From contig NC_007517.1 in NCBI RefSeq assembly GCF_000012925.1, positions 2,070,001 to 2,102,000 on the forward strand: a stretch of DNA of 32,000 nucleotides. Direction: 5' to 3'. This document shows positions 14,389 through 25,685 of this stretch, piece after piece; the stretch's first letter is position 1, and each line of letters begins with the position of its first letter. A program made the translations under genes and the position numbers. Origin of the DNA: Geobacter metallireducens GS-15. GTDB lineage: Bacteria; Desulfobacterota; Desulfuromonadia; Geobacterales; Geobacteraceae. A model generated the notes under the pieces. It was not told the DNA's origin. It saw nothing but the letters and a program-made list of their open reading frames with translations, and searched no databases.

Positions 14389-14418
14389 TTTATACCAAAC
14401 CACCATACATCCTGTCAA
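14389..14418 (-). promoter_or_regulatory. Sigma70-like promoter for the tRNA-Asp/Val/Asp operon
   Basis: The minus strand reads TTGACA-N18-TATAAA. It lies 16 nt after the lon stop and about 70 nt upstream of the first tRNA. Confidence 0.45.
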
Positions 14419-14433
14419 CCATAATTTTATTTC

Positions 14434-16851
14434 TCAATGGGCAGTAACAATATTTGTTGCTTGACCTTCAGAGACTGTTACGCCAGAGGGAGCAACCACG
14501 GATAATGTGCCTTCAAGAAGAGCCCTTGACAGGACTTCATCCATATGGGAAACGGATGTAATAGTCATTCCCTCATATACTTCCTGGGGAATTTCATGAA
14601 GGTCTTTCTGATTATCTCCGGGGATTATTACTTCTTTAATCCCCCCGCGACGTGCGGCAAGAAGTTTTTCCTTGAGTCCGCCTATGGGAAGCACATTGCC
14701 TCTCAGGGTCACCTCTCCGGTCATGGCGATGTCCCGGCGAACACCTCTACCGGTCAAGGCCGAAGTAATTGCCGTTGCGATGGTGATTCCCGCAGACGGC
14801 CCATCTTTTGGAATCGCACCTTCAGGAACATGGATATGGATATCGATTGCCTGATAAAAATCCCGCTCAAGCCCAAGAATATGGGCACGTGATCTTACAT
14901 AAGTCATGGCCGCCTGGGCCGATTCCTGCATTACCTCACCCAGCTTTCCGGTTATAGTAAGCTTCCCCTTTCCAGGAACAATTGCCACCTCGATGGTGAG
15001 GAGATCTCCGCCGACTTCAGTCCACGCAAGGCCGGTAACGGCACCCGCTGAATCCTTTTCCTCGGCTGTTCCAATCCTGAATCGGGGAGGGCCCAGAAAA
15101 TCCTTGAGGTGCTTGGGCTGGAGTGTAAATTTTTTCTTCTCGCCTCTCACGATGCGGTGGGCAACCTTGCGGCATACCGAAGCTATCTCGCGCTCGAGGT
15201 TCCGCACCCCCGCCTCGCGTGAGTAAAATCTGATCATATCCAAAATTGCTTTCGAGGAAATACTCACCCTCTCCAGGGCAAGACCATTGGCCTCCATCTG
15301 TTTTTTCACGAGGTAACGTTCAGCAATTGCTAGCTTTTCATGCTCGGTGTACCCGTCGAGTCGGATAACCTCAAGCCTGTCGAGCAGCGGGCGTGGTATC
15401 CCATGGATTGAGTTGGCGGTAGCAATAAACATTACCCGTGAAAGATCATACTCAACATCGAGAAAATGATCGCTGAAATGGGCGTTCTGCTCGGGGTCAA
15501 GAACTTCAAGCATTGCAGATGCCGGGTCACCGCGGAAGTCTGAACTCATTTTATCGAGCTCATCCAGCAGAAATACGGGGTTATTGCTCCCCGCCTTCTT
15601 CAGGTTCTGGATAATCTTGCCGGGCATGGCCCCCACGTACGTGCGACGATGCCCGCGAATTTCAGCCTCGTCACGCATGCCCCCCAGCGACATCTTGACG
15701 AATTTTCGGCCAGTCGCTGTGGCAATAGAGCGCGCGAGGGATGTCTTCCCAACCCCGGGAGGGCCAACAAGACACAGAATCGGCCCCCTGATTTTCTTGA
15801 CGAGCGTCTGTACGGACAGGAACTCAAGGATGCGTTCCTTGACCTTGACAAGCCCATAATGATCCTCGTCGAGTATTCTCTCTGCGGCAACAATGTCGTG
15901 CTTTTCCCTGGAGAGCTTTCCCCACGGGAGTGTAGCAAGCCAGTCAACATAGTTTCTGACAACAGCCGCCTCGGCAGAAGCAGGGGACATGAGCTTGAGC
16001 TTTTTCAGTTCGGCCAATGCCTTTTGTTTTGCTTCCTTGGAGAGCTTGCCCTGTGAAACCTTTTCCTCGAGTTCTGCGATCTCCTGCTTGTAGTCGTCCT
16101 TTCCCCCAAGCTCCTTCTGGATCGCTCTCATCTGTTCATTGAGGTAGTATTCCTTCTGGTTCTTCTCCATCTGCTTCTTGACGCGGGTGCGAATCTTACT
16201 TTCAAGTTGCAGGATTTCGACCTCGGACTCCATGAAGGCAAGGAGCCTTTCTAACCGATGACCCGACTCGGCAAGAGCAAGAAGTTCCTGCCGATCACTC
16301 AGCTTGAGGTTGAGATGAGGCGCCAGGGTATCGGCAAGCCTGCCGGGGTCGGTAATATTAAGGGTCGCACTGACGGTTTCCTGCGGTATTCCCTTAGTCA
16401 GCTTCACGTAACTCTCAAAGGTAGAACGGGCGCTGCGTACAAGGGCTTCCATCTCAGAGGTTGTTTCTGACTCGCCAGGAAGAGGCTGCACCTCGACAAT
16501 AAAATGATTCGCTTCAGGGTGATATGACGCAATAACACCTCGCCTTTTCCCCTCAACGAGAACTTTCACGGTTCCGTCGGGGAGCTTGAGGAGTTGGATC
16601 ACCTGAGAAACCGTACCAATCGAATAGATATCCTCTTCATTCGGTTCTTCGGTCTTGGCGTTTTTCTGGGTAGCGAGAAAGATCAGACGGTTATCGTTCA
16701 TGGCTGCTTCCAGGGCAGAAATGGACTTCTCCCTTCCGACAAAAAGCGGAACAACCATGTGCGGGAACACAACAATATCTCTTAATGGTAAAAGAGGGAA
16801 TCTTTCCAGATCCCCTCTCTTGAGCGGTTGACTACCTTGATTATCGTGCAT
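14434..16851 (-). CDS. lon: ATP-dependent Lon protease
   Basis: 805 aa. Lon N-terminal domain ([23 protein letters not shown]). AAA+ Walker [10 protein letters not shown]. Catalytic serine motif [10 protein letters not shown]. Confidence 0.98.
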   Translation of the reverse strand: MHDNQGSQPLKRGDLERFPLLPLRDIVVFPHMVVPLFVGREKSISALEAAMNDNRLIFLATQKNAKTEEPNEEDIYSIGTVSQVIQLLKLPDGTVKVLVEGKRRGVIASYHPEANHFIVEVQPLPGESETTSEMEALVRSARSTFESYVKLTKGIPQETVSATLNITDPGRLADTLAPHLNLKLSDRQELLALAESGHRLERLLAFMESEVEILQLESKIRTRVKKQMEKNQKEYYLNEQMRAIQKELGGKDDYKQEIAELEEKVSQGKLSKEAKQKALAELKKLKLMSPASAEAAVVRNYVDWLATLPWGKLSREKHDIVAAERILDEDHYGLVKVKERILEFLSVQTLVKKIRGPILCLVGPPGVGKTSLARSIATATGRKFVKMSLGGMRDEAEIRGHRRTYVGAMPGKIIQNLKKAGSNNPVFLLDELDKMSSDFRGDPASAMLEVLDPEQNAHFSDHFLDVEYDLSRVMFIATANSIHGIPRPLLDRLEVIRLDGYTEHEKLAIAERYLVKKQMEANGLALERVSISSKAILDMIRFYSREAGVRNLEREIASVCRKVAHRIVRGEKKKFTLQPKHLKDFLGPPRFRIGTAEEKDSAGAVTGLAWTEVGGDLLTIEVAIVPGKGKLTITGKLGEVMQESAQAAMTYVRSRAHILGLERDFYQAIDIHIHVPEGAIPKDGPSAGITIATAITSALTGRGVRRDIAMTGEVTLRGNVLPIGGLKEKLLAARRGGIKEVIIPGDNQKDLHEIPQEVYEGMTITSVSHMDEVLSRALLEGTLSVVAPSGVTVSEGQATNIVTAH

Positions 16852-16864
16852 CTAGTTCCTCAGA

Positions 16865-18118
16865 TCAGGCGGATTCCGCCACACTTTCGTAGACTATGAT
16901 CGGTTTTTCCCGGTTATAGATTACATCTTCGCTTATGACTACTTCCTTTACCATGGTTTGAGAAGGAATCTCGTACATGATATCGAGCATGGCATTTTCC
17001 AGAATGGATCGAAGCCCCCGGGCACCAGTCTTGCGCTTCAGAGCTTCACGCGCTATAGCGACGAGTGAACCATCGGTAAATTTGAGCTTCACGTGTTCCA
17101 TCTCGAAGAGTTTCTGGTACTGCTTGACGAGAGCACTCTTCGGTTCTTTGAGAATCTGAACCATTGCTGCCTCGTCCAGTTCGTGAAGCGTGGCAAGCAC
17201 CGGAAGACGCCCAATAAACTCTGGGATAAACCCGAACTTGAGAAGATCCTCCGGGGTAACGTCAGTAAGGAGTTCACCGGCCTTCTTCTCCACCTTGCTC
17301 TTGACGTCGGCACCAAAGCCAAGGGTCTTGACACCAATACGCTGCTGAATGATGTTATCGAGGCCGGCAAAGGCTCCACCGCAGATGAACAGAATGTTTG
17401 AGGTATCAACCTTGAGAAATTCCTGCTGGGGATGCTTTCGGCCACCCTTTGGAGGCACGCTGGCAACGGTGCCTTCAATTATTTTGAGCAACGCCTGCTG
17501 AACCCCTTCCCCCGAGACATCGCGGGTTATGGACGGAGAATCGGATTTGCGGGCAATCTTGTCTATTTCGTCAATATAGATAATGCCCTTCTGGGCACGC
17601 TCCACATCGTAATCGGCAGCCTGCAGGAGGTTGAGGATAATATTCTCAACATCCTCACCAACATACCCGGCTTCCGTAAGATTGGTGGCGTCAGCCATCG
17701 CGAACGGAACCCTGAGAATCCGCGCAAGGGTCTGGGCAAGAAGAGTCTTGCCTGAACCGGTGGGACCCAAGAGGAGTATGTTGCTTTTCTGCATCTCCAC
17801 GTCGCTTGGCTTACCCATGGACTCGATACGCTTGTAGTGATTGTAGACAGCAACGGCAAGGATTTTCTTGGCCCGGTCCTGACCGATGACGTACTCATCA
17901 AGAACATCCTTGATTTCACGGGGCTTGGGAAGTTTCTTTACGTCCGGTCCCATGGCCTCTTCAAGCTTGCTTTCTTCGGCAATAATATCATTGCAGAGTT
18001 CGATGCATTCATCACAAATATAGACCGTCGGCCCTGCGATGAGCTTCTTCACCTCATCCTGGCTCTTGCCACAGAAAGAACAGGTCAGATTTTCGCTGCT
18101 GTCGTTTCTTCTACTCAC
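16865..18118 (-). CDS. clpX: ATP-dependent Clp protease ATP-binding subunit ClpX
   Basis: C4 zinc finger CSFCGK...CDEC. Walker A GPTGSGKT. The GTG start overlaps the clpP stop (GTGA). Confidence 0.98.
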   Translation of the reverse strand: MSRRNDSSENLTCSFCGKSQDEVKKLIAGPTVYICDECIELCNDIIAEESKLEEAMGPDVKKLPKPREIKDVLDEYVIGQDRAKKILAVAVYNHYKRIESMGKPSDVEMQKSNILLLGPTGSGKTLLAQTLARILRVPFAMADATNLTEAGYVGEDVENIILNLLQAADYDVERAQKGIIYIDEIDKIARKSDSPSITRDVSGEGVQQALLKIIEGTVASVPPKGGRKHPQQEFLKVDTSNILFICGGAFAGLDNIIQQRIGVKTLGFGADVKSKVEKKAGELLTDVTPEDLLKFGFIPEFIGRLPVLATLHELDEAAMVQILKEPKSALVKQYQKLFEMEHVKLKFTDGSLVAIAREALKRKTGARGLRSILENAMLDIMYEIPSQTMVKEVVISEDVIYNREKPIIVYESVAESA

Positions 18119-18714
18119 CGAGAACCTCCGCTGGTGGGTTTACGCGCTATAATTGCGTCAATAATACCATACGATTTTGCTTCTTCACCAGACATAAAAT
18201 AATCACGCTCGGTGTCAGCTTCAACCTTCTCAAGAGCCTGCCCTGAATTTTCGGCGATGATCTCATTGAGCCTTTTTTTCATCTTCAAAATTTCCTGGGC
18301 GTGGATGTGAATATCGGTCGCCTGCCCCTGGAAACCGCCAAGCGGCTGATGGATCATGATCCGGGAATGGGTCAGGCTGAACCGTTTCCCCTTCTCGCCG
18401 CCGGAAAGAAGAAGAGCTCCCATTGAAGCGGCTTGGCCGACGCAAATCGTGGAGACGGGAGCCTTTATATACTGCATGGTATCGTATATCGCCATACCGG
18501 CAGTCACGACACCTCCCGGAGAGTTGATATAGAGGTGAATATCCTTGTCCGGATCCTCGGCCTCTAAGAAGAGAAGCTGGGCAATCACAAGATTTGCCAC
18601 GTGATCGTCAATGGGGCCGCCAAGAAAAATGATCCGGTCCTTCAGAAGGCGCGAATAGATGTCGTAAGAGCGCTCTCCCCTGCCGGTTTGTTCGACCACG
18701 ATCGGTACGAGCAT
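18115..18714 (-). CDS. clpP: ATP-dependent Clp protease proteolytic subunit ClpP
   Basis: [32 protein letters not shown] and IMIHQP motifs. ATG 18714 is preceded by GGAGGG. The track start 18732 has no SD. Confidence 0.97.
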   Translation of the reverse strand: MLVPIVVEQTGRGERSYDIYSRLLKDRIIFLGGPIDDHVANLVIAQLLFLEAEDPDKDIHLYINSPGGVVTAGMAIYDTMQYIKAPVSTICVGQAASMGALLLSGGEKGKRFSLTHSRIMIHQPLGGFQGQATDIHIHAQEILKMKKRLNEIIAENSGQALEKVEADTERDYFMSGEEAKSYGIIDAIIARKPTSGGSR

Positions 18715-18738
18715 ATTCCCTCCGGAAACCATATGTTA

Positions 18739-20040
18739 TTAGAGTTCGTCCTTGGCCACTTCCGTTACGACAGCATTCTCCAGAAGATACCCCAAGACTT
18801 TTTCCTCGTTCAGATGAGCCACAAGATTTTCCTTGGCATTATGATTCTGCTCGTAGAAGTCCTTTACCCGATCAAAATCCTGTCCGGCCTCTTCGGCCAT
18901 GGCACGAAGCTTAGCCTCGACATCAGGATCATTTACGGTGATTCCTTCCTTTTTAGCCACGGCTTCCAGGAGCAGCGACCCTTTGACCTGACTCTCGGCG
19001 GAATCACGATAATGGGTCTTGAAACTCTCATCGTCCATTCCCATCATCTCCAGGGAAAGGCGCTGTTGAGCAAGGCGGTTTTTCATATTCGACAGCATCA
19101 TTTGAAGCTGCCGCTCCACCAGAGTCGACGGGACTTCAATCTCGTTGTTTCCGATTAGCGCCTTGACGATACGGTCCTGCACATCAGCTTTGATCCTGGC
19201 GGTCTCCTGATCTTTGTGCAACTCGGCAAGCTTGGTTTTCAGTTGCTCAAGAGTCTCAAACTCACCAAACTGCATCGCGAACTCGTCGTCAAGCTCCGGG
19301 AGTTCCTTAACCTTTGCCTCCTTGACCGTAACGGCGAAGCTAGCCGCCTTTCCGGCAAGATCCTTGTTCCCGTACTCCTCCGGGAACGTTACCTCAACGG
19401 TTCTCTGCTCCCCGGCCTTGACACCAACAAGCTGGTCCTCGAAACCAGGAATGAAACGTCCAGATCCAAGTTCGAGTTGATAGCTTTCGGCAGCTCCGCC
19501 CTCAAAGGGTATGCCGTCGACAGACCCGACAAAATCAATCACGACGAAATTGCCAGTCTCGGCGCATTTACCTTCCTCCAGCGGCTTGAGTTCGGCCATC
19601 CCTTCCCGCATCTCGTTGAGGCGAGCCTCCACGGGTGCAACATCGGAAACAAATCTTTCCCTCTTCACCTCGAGACCTTTGTAATCCTTGACATCAATCT
19701 CCGGAAAAACCTCAACCGTTGCTGAATATTTCAACGCTTCACCACGCTTCACTTCATCACTTTCGATGTGAGGATGGGAAACAGGAAATATTTTATGATC
19801 GGCCAAGGCCTTGAAATAGGTTTCGTCGAAAAGGTTCTTGAGAACGTCACTCTCCATCATCGACCGGTAATTCTGTTCCACAAGGGAACGGGGTACCTTT
19901 CCCTTCCTGAACCCTTTGATGGCGGCACGCTTCTGAATCTGACCAAAAACCTTTTCTATCTCGGCAGAAACACGCTCCGCCGGAATTTCGAAAGAAATCT
20001 TTTTTTTCACGCTGCTGAGAGACTCGACAGTACTCGTCAT
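18739..20040 (-). CDS. tig: Trigger factor
   Basis: N-terminal ribosome-binding GFRKGKVP motif, central FKBP-type PPIase region and a C-terminal domain. ATG 20040 has an AAAGGA SD. The track starts one codon earlier at GTG 20043. Confidence 0.97.
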   Translation of the reverse strand: MTSTVESLSSVKKKISFEIPAERVSAEIEKVFGQIQKRAAIKGFRKGKVPRSLVEQNYRSMMESDVLKNLFDETYFKALADHKIFPVSHPHIESDEVKRGEALKYSATVEVFPEIDVKDYKGLEVKRERFVSDVAPVEARLNEMREGMAELKPLEEGKCAETGNFVVIDFVGSVDGIPFEGGAAESYQLELGSGRFIPGFEDQLVGVKAGEQRTVEVTFPEEYGNKDLAGKAASFAVTVKEAKVKELPELDDEFAMQFGEFETLEQLKTKLAELHKDQETARIKADVQDRIVKALIGNNEIEVPSTLVERQLQMMLSNMKNRLAQQRLSLEMMGMDDESFKTHYRDSAESQVKGSLLLEAVAKKEGITVNDPDVEAKLRAMAEEAGQDFDRVKDFYEQNHNAKENLVAHLNEEKVLGYLLENAVVTEVAKDEL

Positions 20041-20155
20041 CACTTATCCTTTCTTTTCTGGATTATTTGAATATCAGACAGAGTTGTTACTGAATGAAAG
20101 GCAGATTGAATTGAATTGAATATCTATCGGGGGGGAATCCTCTGCATGACTGGGA

Positions 20156-20238
20156 TGGTGCGAGAGAGGGGAGTCGAACCCCTACGGTTGCCCGCTGGAT
20201 CCTAAGTCCAGTGCGTCTGCCAATTCCGCCACTCTCGC
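20156..20238 (-). tRNA. tRNA-Leu (TAG), encoded CCA
   Basis: The reverse complement is GCGAGAGTGGCGGAATTGGCAGACGCACTGGACTTAGGATCCAGCGGGCAACCGTAGGGGTTCGACTCCCCTCTCTCGCACCA. It has a long variable arm and anticodon loop CTTAGGA. Confidence 0.93.
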
Positions 20239-20297
20239 AGATGTACGAACTACCCACATACGAAGAAGCCCCGTTTATCACGGGGCTTTGCATTAAT

Positions 20298-20375
20298 TGG
20301 GGTGGCTAGTGGGATTTGAACCCACGAATGCATGAGTCACAGTCATGTGTGTTAGACCCCTTCACCATAGCCACC
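20298..20375 (-). tRNA. tRNA-His (GTG) with G-1, encoded CCA
   Basis: The reverse complement is GGTGGCTATGGTGAAGGGGTCTAACACACATGACTGTGACTCATGCATTCGTGGGTTCAAATCCCACTAGCCACCCCA. The anticodon loop is CTGTGAC. Confidence 0.93.
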
Positions 20376-20387
20376 ATAATTTGGGTT

Positions 20388-20464
<77 letters not shown>

Positions 20465-20467
20465 AGA

Positions 20468-20547
<80 letters not shown>

Positions 20548-20559
20548 CAAGAAGTTGCA

Positions 20560-20588
20560 TTAATAGCACACCCATTGAGGGCATGCAA
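20560..20588 (-). promoter_or_regulatory. Sigma70-like promoter for the tRNA Pro-Arg-His-Leu operon
   Basis: The minus strand reads TTGCAT-N17-TATTAA. It ends about 12 nt upstream of the tRNA-Pro 5' end. Confidence 0.4.
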
Positions 20589-20601
20589 GCTTTTTTCTAC
20601 G

Positions 20602-21192
20602 TCACGCCTTAGATAATTTCCCCTTCAGCAACTCTAAAGCTTTGCCTCGGTGGCTGAGACGATTTTTTCTTTCCAGAGGCAACTCTGCGAGGGACGAACC
20701 TTCTTCCTCCACAAAGAACAGGGGATCATATCCAAACCCACCACCCCCTTGGGGAACTTCAAGGATAGATCCTCTGAGTTCTCCCGAGAAGGTGGTGCAT
20801 GAACCATCAGGCAAACAGAGAGCTATAACGCAATGGAAGGCAGCTCCGCGTCTTTCAGGAGGGGTTCCCCGTAACTCTTCAAGGAGCTTTGCGTTATTCG
20901 TCTCATCAGTGGCGCCAGTCCCTGCATAGCGGGCAGAAAAAACGCCCGGCCTCCCACCGAGAGCATCGACGACAAGCCCTGAATCGTCTGCTAGCGCAGG
21001 AAGTCCGGTTAATTGCGCTATTGCAGAAGCCTTCTTAATAGCATTCTGTTCAAACGTTACGCCGTCCTCCTCAATCTCTGGAAGATCGGGAAAATCAGCA
21101 AGAGAGTATATTCTGCAGTGAACTCCTTCTAGGATCTTTCCAATTTCCAGGAGCTTCCCCTTATTCCTCGTGGCGACAATCAAGTCAGTCAT
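20602..21192 (-). CDS. rdgB: Non-canonical purine NTP pyrophosphatase RdgB/HAM1 family
   Basis: 196 aa. [12 protein letters not shown]-terminus, FGYDPLF and RLSHRGKA motifs. ATG overlaps the rph stop (ATGA). Confidence 0.93.
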   Translation of the reverse strand: MTDLIVATRNKGKLLEIGKILEGVHCRIYSLADFPDLPEIEEDGVTFEQNAIKKASAIAQLTGLPALADDSGLVVDALGGRPGVFSARYAGTGATDETNNAKLLEELRGTPPERRGAAFHCVIALCLPDGSCTTFSGELRGSILEVPQGGGGFGYDPLFFVEEEGSSLAELPLERKNRLSHRGKALELLKGKLSKA

Positions 21193-21905
21193 CGGGAAAG
21201 AGCCTCATTCTGAATCGAGAAAAGCTTTCGTATTCCCTCCACTGCAGCTACACGCATGCCGTCCATCTGTTCAACGGTAAAGGGTTCCGACTCGGCAGTA
21301 CCCTGTACTTCTACAAAACGGTCAGATGATGTCATGACAAAATTCATGTCGACTTCGGCCGCTGAATCTTCCACGTAATTCAGATCCAATAGAATGTTGC
21401 CATCCACTATTCCGACACTGACCGCCGCAACGGCTTCCTTGATGGGGAGCAACGGCAACACACCACGCTCCACAAGCAAGTGCAAGGCATCCACCAAAGC
21501 GACATAGGCTCCGGTTATGGAAGCAGTCCTGGTTCCTCCGTCAGCCTGAATAACATCACAGTCTATGAGGACACTTCTCTCCCCGAGAAGCGTCAAATCT
21601 GTGACGGCACGAAGCGAACGGCCGATCAACCTCTGTATTTCGTGGGTCCTTCCACCGATTTTTCCACGGGCAGCTTCGCGCGAAGAACGCGTGTGAGTCG
21701 AACGGGGAAGCATCGAATACTCGGCAGTCACCCAACCGGTCCCCTTCCCCCGGAGAAATGGAGGGACACTCTCTTCCACCGATGCGGTACAGATGACCTT
21801 GGTGTCGCCAAACTCCACAAGCACAGCCCCTTCCGCATGCTTGATATAATGCCGAGTAATATTTATGCCCCTGAGGCTCCCCGCCTCACGGCCGTCCGAA
21901 CGCAT
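21189..21905 (-). CDS. rph: Ribonuclease PH
   Basis: 238 aa. MRSDGR...[33 protein letters not shown] and [19 protein letters not shown] motifs. Confidence 0.97.
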   Translation of the reverse strand: MRSDGREAGSLRGINITRHYIKHAEGAVLVEFGDTKVICTASVEESVPPFLRGKGTGWVTAEYSMLPRSTHTRSSREAARGKIGGRTHEIQRLIGRSLRAVTDLTLLGERSVLIDCDVIQADGGTRTASITGAYVALVDALHLLVERGVLPLLPIKEAVAAVSVGIVDGNILLDLNYVEDSAAEVDMNFVMTSSDRFVEVQGTAESEPFTVEQMDGMRVAAVEGIRKLFSIQNEALSR

Positions 21906-21939
21906 ATTTCACCTCTCTGTGCTAAATTTTAAGCTGCGT

Positions 21940-21968
21940 ACACTAAACGATAGGCTGGAGGATGTCAA
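21940..21968 (-). promoter_or_regulatory. Sigma70-like promoter upstream of rph-rdgB
   Basis: The minus strand reads TTGACA-N17-TAGTGT, about 35 nt upstream of the rph ATG. GAGGTG SD follows. Confidence 0.4.
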
Positions 21969-21989
21969 TCTGCATGACATGACGAGACC

Positions 21990-23072
21990 TTACACCTCAC
22001 GTAGTGGATCGTTAAAATTTCGCTTTTCTCTGAGTTCCTGCAATCTTTGCGGCTTGGTGTCGACAATATGAAGCTCAGCCAGGAGTCTATTGGCAAGGAA
22101 ATCCTCGGCTTCGTGAATTGCCTCCGGTGAAGCGGGCACATTTTCAATCTTTCCCCCTGCCATCATGCCATGACCGCCAGCGTGCCCTCTTCCCTCAACC
22201 AAAACCCCAATAAGAATACCGGCATTCAGATCGTGCCGGATCGTGCGTAACGACAACAGCATCCCATCGCCGTACTGCCCCATTGCAAGCACTAATTCTA
22301 TTCCTTCCAACCTTAAGAAAAAATCTGCCATTTCGGCAACCATTTCGGGAAAATTCATCTGTGCGAGATTAGTTATCAGGAGCTTCCCGTAGATCTTGGT
22401 ATTTTCGAGAGCCCTATTCACCATAAGATAATATTCGACAGGAAGTTTCGGATGAGTGATTTCGTAGAGAAGTTTCTTGTTGGAAAGTGTAAACAGCTTG
22501 AGATAAGCGTCTCGGTCAGGCTTGTTCGCCTCCCTGCCGAGATCCTGAGTTTCTGATTTTATGGCGTAAAAAAGTGCTGTTGCCAGCTTGGTCCCCAGAT
22601 AGACGCCTTGAGTCACGAGGTATTCGTAAAGTATGGTTGCCGTGACTCCGTAATCCTCACGAATATCGACCCATCGGCACTTCTCGCTTGTTTCCCGCAT
22701 CGGATGATGATCGACGAGAATATCAACACTGCTGTCGGCTGGCAGTGAGTTGTTCCCGGTCCCTGGCTGCGTGTCCAGCATGCAGACCACGGAGAACTCC
22801 CGGAAGTTGATAAGCCCTATTGGAGTTAGAGGAATTTCGAGTTCCTTCGCCATGGCAAGATTCTCGCTCCTACTAATCATGCCCGAAAAAGCGATTGTAG
22901 CCTCGCGATTGACCTTCATAACGAAGAGATGGCGAAGCGCTATGGCCGAAGCGAGACAGTCCGGGTCAGGGTTATCATGGATCACTATCAGTATTTTGCC
23001 TCTGCCCCTGACCCAGTCGAGCATTTCATCCGTGAAGCGCTTCGTATCCAGATTCTCTGACCCCAACCCCAT
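21990..23072 (-). CDS. DHH/DHHA1-family phosphoesterase (NrnA-like nanoRNase/pAp phosphatase)
   Basis: 360 aa. IHDNPDPDCLASAIAL, ILVDHHP (DHH motif) and GGHGMMAGG (DHHA1 motif). AGGAG SD lies 7 nt upstream. Confidence 0.85.
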   Translation of the reverse strand: MGLGSENLDTKRFTDEMLDWVRGRGKILIVIHDNPDPDCLASAIALRHLFVMKVNREATIAFSGMISRSENLAMAKELEIPLTPIGLINFREFSVVCMLDTQPGTGNNSLPADSSVDILVDHHPMRETSEKCRWVDIREDYGVTATILYEYLVTQGVYLGTKLATALFYAIKSETQDLGREANKPDRDAYLKLFTLSNKKLLYEITHPKLPVEYYLMVNRALENTKIYGKLLITNLAQMNFPEMVAEMADFFLRLEGIELVLAMGQYGDGMLLSLRTIRHDLNAGILIGVLVEGRGHAGGHGMMAGGKIENVPASPEAIHEAEDFLANRLLAELHIVDTKPQRLQELREKRNFNDPLREV

Positions 23073-23105
23073 AAAAGGACTCCTAAACGTGTCATCATTT
23101 TAGAC

Positions 23106-23141
23106 AAAAAAAGAGAGGAAAGACCATGCTTTCCTCTCTTT
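23106..23141 (-). terminator. Rho-independent terminator after the small zinc-ribbon ORF
   Basis: A perfect 11-bp stem agagaggaaag/ctttcctctct with loop accatg. On the minus strand it is followed by a T-run (the complement of the A run at 23106-23112). Confidence 0.75.
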
Positions 23142-23162
23142 GGATCCTCTTGGGATAACCTA

Positions 23163-23318
23163 TTAGCCCAAGAAGAGGTTATGATTTCTCGCCCGATTGG
23201 CCAGAATTGTCGGGTCTATCACTTCGCCGCAGCAGGTGCATTTCCAAGCGTCGAACGATCTTACAAAATCATAAAACTTTTCAGCAAACATTCTCCCTTT
23301 GCACTTTGGACATTTCAT
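23163..23318 (-). CDS. 51-aa zinc-ribbon protein (CxxC...CxxC), unlisted in ORF track
   Basis: Hand translation gives MKCPKCKGRMFAEKFYDFVRSFDAWKCTCCGEVIDPTILANRARNHNLFLG. GGAGGGG SD lies about 8 nt upstream of ATG 23318. A strong terminator lies 22 nt downstream of the stop. Confidence 0.6.
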   Translation of the reverse strand: MKCPKCKGRMFAEKFYDFVRSFDAWKCTCCGEVIDPTILANRARNHNLFLG

Positions 23319-23444
23319 TTGGAGCCCCTCCACTGCAGAGTTTGATGTGAGTGCAGTGAAGATTTCACCATATGTGCCAAACGGGTCAAGCTCTAATGAA
23401 TGACACTCTCAATCTTGTCCCGATCAATAATTATTATTGATAAT

Positions 23445-24023
23445 TCAATGCGTTACAGTGTTTGGGAAATATCGCTCCAGCTTGTCCACCGTCACTTTCC
23501 CTATGCCTGAAACTCTCTCGAGGTCTCTAATAGACCTGAAACCGCCATTGTATTGACGGTCAAATACAATCCTTCGTGCGAGAGTTGGTCCGATCCCGGG
23601 AAGTAGCTCCCATTCTGATTCGGTCATTGTGGCTGGGTCAAGTGGAATACCTAGAAGTATCCTTTCAGTTGCAGGCATCGTTTTCAACGAAATTTTGACT
23701 GGTTCTGAGGCATCCCTCTCAAACATTACCCAGTCTCCATCTTTGAGACGAGTGGCAAAGTCGGACGATTTTGAAGCATTTGCCGTGAGTCCTCGATACG
23801 CCATAATTATGACGCTCTTTAAGACTGCGTCTTCGGGAAGACAATAAACGCCAGACTTTCCCTGAATACCGGTAACCTTAACCCTAACGCCATTGGAGCG
23901 GTCAAGAAGAAAGGCCGTGGATCCACCCTCAGTGAGTGGCAATCCACGGCCTTTCGTGACTAAAACAGTACTTGCCAGAACTGCTAGGGTCCAGAGCGCA
24001 ATGAGATGCGCCCGTTCCCTCAT
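23445..24023 (-). CDS. comEA: ComEA-like helix-hairpin-helix DNA-binding protein with N-terminal membrane anchor/SLBB-like region
   Basis: 192 aa. N-terminal hydrophobic [17 protein letters not shown]-terminal tandem Hh[14 protein letters not shown]...[15 protein letters not shown] overlaps the cimA stop (ATGA). Confidence 0.8.
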   Translation of the reverse strand: MRERAHLIALWTLAVLASTVLVTKGRGLPLTEGGSTAFLLDRSNGVRVKVTGIQGKSGVYCLPEDAVLKSVIIMAYRGLTANASKSSDFATRLKDGDWVMFERDASEPVKISLKTMPATERILLGIPLDPATMTESEWELLPGIGPTLARRIVFDRQYNGGFRSIRDLERVSGIGKVTVDKLERYFPNTVTH

Positions 24024-25606
24024 TTATTGACGCCCTCCGCATCCTCTGTCCTGTGGAGTTTGTACTCAATACTGTCGATCAGAGCCTGATAGGAGGCATC
24101 GATGATGTTTTCCGAGACACCAACCGTCCCCCACCGCGCTTCCTTGTCGCCCGACTCGATGAGAACGCGAATGGATGAGGCTGTACCCTGCCCTGCCGGC
24201 AGGACGCGAACCTTGTAGTCAAGAAGCTTCACTTCCTTCAGTTTCGGATAGAACTTCTCCAGGGCCTTGCGAAGGGCATTGTCGAGAGCGTTGACTGGAC
24301 CGTTGCCTTCAGCCGCAGTGTGCTCCACCTTGCCGCCAACCTTGACCATGATAGTCGCCTCGGAAAAAGGCTTCTGGTCTTCGTGGCGTTTCTCATCAAT
24401 AACCCGGAAACCGATAACCGAGAAAAACTTCCGATGAGTACCGAGAGCACGCTTCATCAGCAATTCAAATGAAGCCTCGGCCCCCTCAAACTGGTACCCC
24501 CGATTCTCCATCTCTTTGATATTATCGAGGATTTCAAGGGTAACCGGATCCTTGCTGTCCATGTTGATATTGAATTCCTCGGCCTTGGCAAGGATATTGG
24601 AGCGGCCGGAGAGGTCGGAAATGAGCACCCGGGTCATGTTGCCGACCAGTTCAGGCCTCATGTGCTCATAGGTCTCGGGATGGCGCTGAATGGCGCTCAC
24701 GTGGACCCCGCCCTTGTGGGCAAAGGCTGAATTACCCACATAAGGCTGATGCTTGTCAGGGGAAAGGTTCGCCAGTTCGTACACAAAACGGGAGAGATCC
24801 CGAAGTTTCTTCAATTGCTCATCACTCACGCACTCCGCCTTCATCTTGAGCCTGAGGGCAGGCATGATGGAGCAGAGATTGGCATTACCGCACCGCTCAC
24901 CAAAACCGTTGATGGTGCCCTGAACCTGCACAATCCCCTCATTGACCGCATGAAGAGAGTTAGCGACCGCACACTCGGAGTCATTGTGTGTGTGAATGCC
25001 CAAGGGAGCTGAGATGTGCTTGCGAACCTCGCGGATAATCTCGGCAAGCTCGAACGGCATAGTACCGCCGTTGGTGTCACAAAGCACAATGCAGTCGGCC
25101 TTGGCATCCTGAGCAGCCTTGAGGGTTTTGATGGCATAGTCGGGATTGGCCTTGTAGCCGTCAAAGAAGTGCTCTGCGTCGTAGAAAACCTCGGGAACCC
25201 GGGTCTTCAGATATTCAAGAGAATCGAAGATCAGCTCGAGATTCTCCTCGTTGGAAATGCGCAATGCTTCCCGAACATGAAAATCCCAGGTTTTGCCGAA
25301 AATGGTGCAGACATCGGGCTCGGCCTGCACGAGGGTCTTCAGGTTGTGGTCTTTGTCAGGGGTTATCTTGGCGCGGCGGGTCGAACCAAAAGCGGCGATC
25401 TTCGCCTGGGAGAGCTTCTCCTTCTTGATGTCTTTGAAGAAGGCGACATCCTTGGGGTTGCTGCCGGGCCACCCCCCTTCAATGTAATGGATTCCGATCT
25501 CGTCAAGCCTATTGGCGATACGGATCTTGTCTTCAACGAGGAACGATATGTCCTCTGCCTGGGTGCCGTCACGAAGGGTGGTATCGTACAGTTTAACGAG
25601 ACTCAT
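24020..25606 (-). CDS. cimA: (R)-citramalate synthase (LeuA/CimA family)
   Basis: 528 aa. [12 protein letters not shown]-terminus, [14 protein letters not shown] metal site and a C-terminal LeuA-type regulatory domain. The size and N-terminus match the CimA subfamily as known in Geobacter, from memory. Confidence 0.88.
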   Translation of the reverse strand: MSLVKLYDTTLRDGTQAEDISFLVEDKIRIANRLDEIGIHYIEGGWPGSNPKDVAFFKDIKKEKLSQAKIAAFGSTRRAKITPDKDHNLKTLVQAEPDVCTIFGKTWDFHVREALRISNEENLELIFDSLEYLKTRVPEVFYDAEHFFDGYKANPDYAIKTLKAAQDAKADCIVLCDTNGGTMPFELAEIIREVRKHISAPLGIHTHNDSECAVANSLHAVNEGIVQVQGTINGFGERCGNANLCSIMPALRLKMKAECVSDEQLKKLRDLSRFVYELANLSPDKHQPYVGNSAFAHKGGVHVSAIQRHPETYEHMRPELVGNMTRVLISDLSGRSNILAKAEEFNINMDSKDPVTLEILDNIKEMENRGYQFEGAEASFELLMKRALGTHRKFFSVIGFRVIDEKRHEDQKPFSEATIMVKVGGKVEHTAAEGNGPVNALDNALRKALEKFYPKLKEVKLLDYKVRVLPAGQGTASSIRVLIESGDKEARWGTVGVSENIIDASYQALIDSIEYKLHRTEDAEGVNK

Positions 25607-25639
25607 TGATTCACCTTTGAAATGAAGTGTTAGATACGC

Positions 25640-25685
25640 GTATAGCGTTTAGCATGCCGGCGTTGCCGGACACTAGACGCTATAC
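25640..25685 (-). other. Long imperfect hairpin in the lysC-cimA intergenic region
   Basis: GTATAGCGTTTAG pairs with CTAGACGCTATAC (13 bp including one G-T). The inner CCGGC-GTT-GCCGG stem-loop closes it. No U-tract follows on the minus strand. Confidence 0.5.

Noticed and set aside
20106-20120. (TTGAA)x3 micro-repeat upstream of tig
   Set aside because: It has only three units in an AT-rich promoter region. That is too short to call a meaningful repeat.
20266-20288. GC-rich hairpin AAGCCCCG-N7-CGGGGCTT as a possible terminator
   Set aside because: It sits inside the tRNA operon between tRNA-His and tRNA-Leu and has no U-run after it on the transcribed strand. It is more likely a spacer or processing hairpin.
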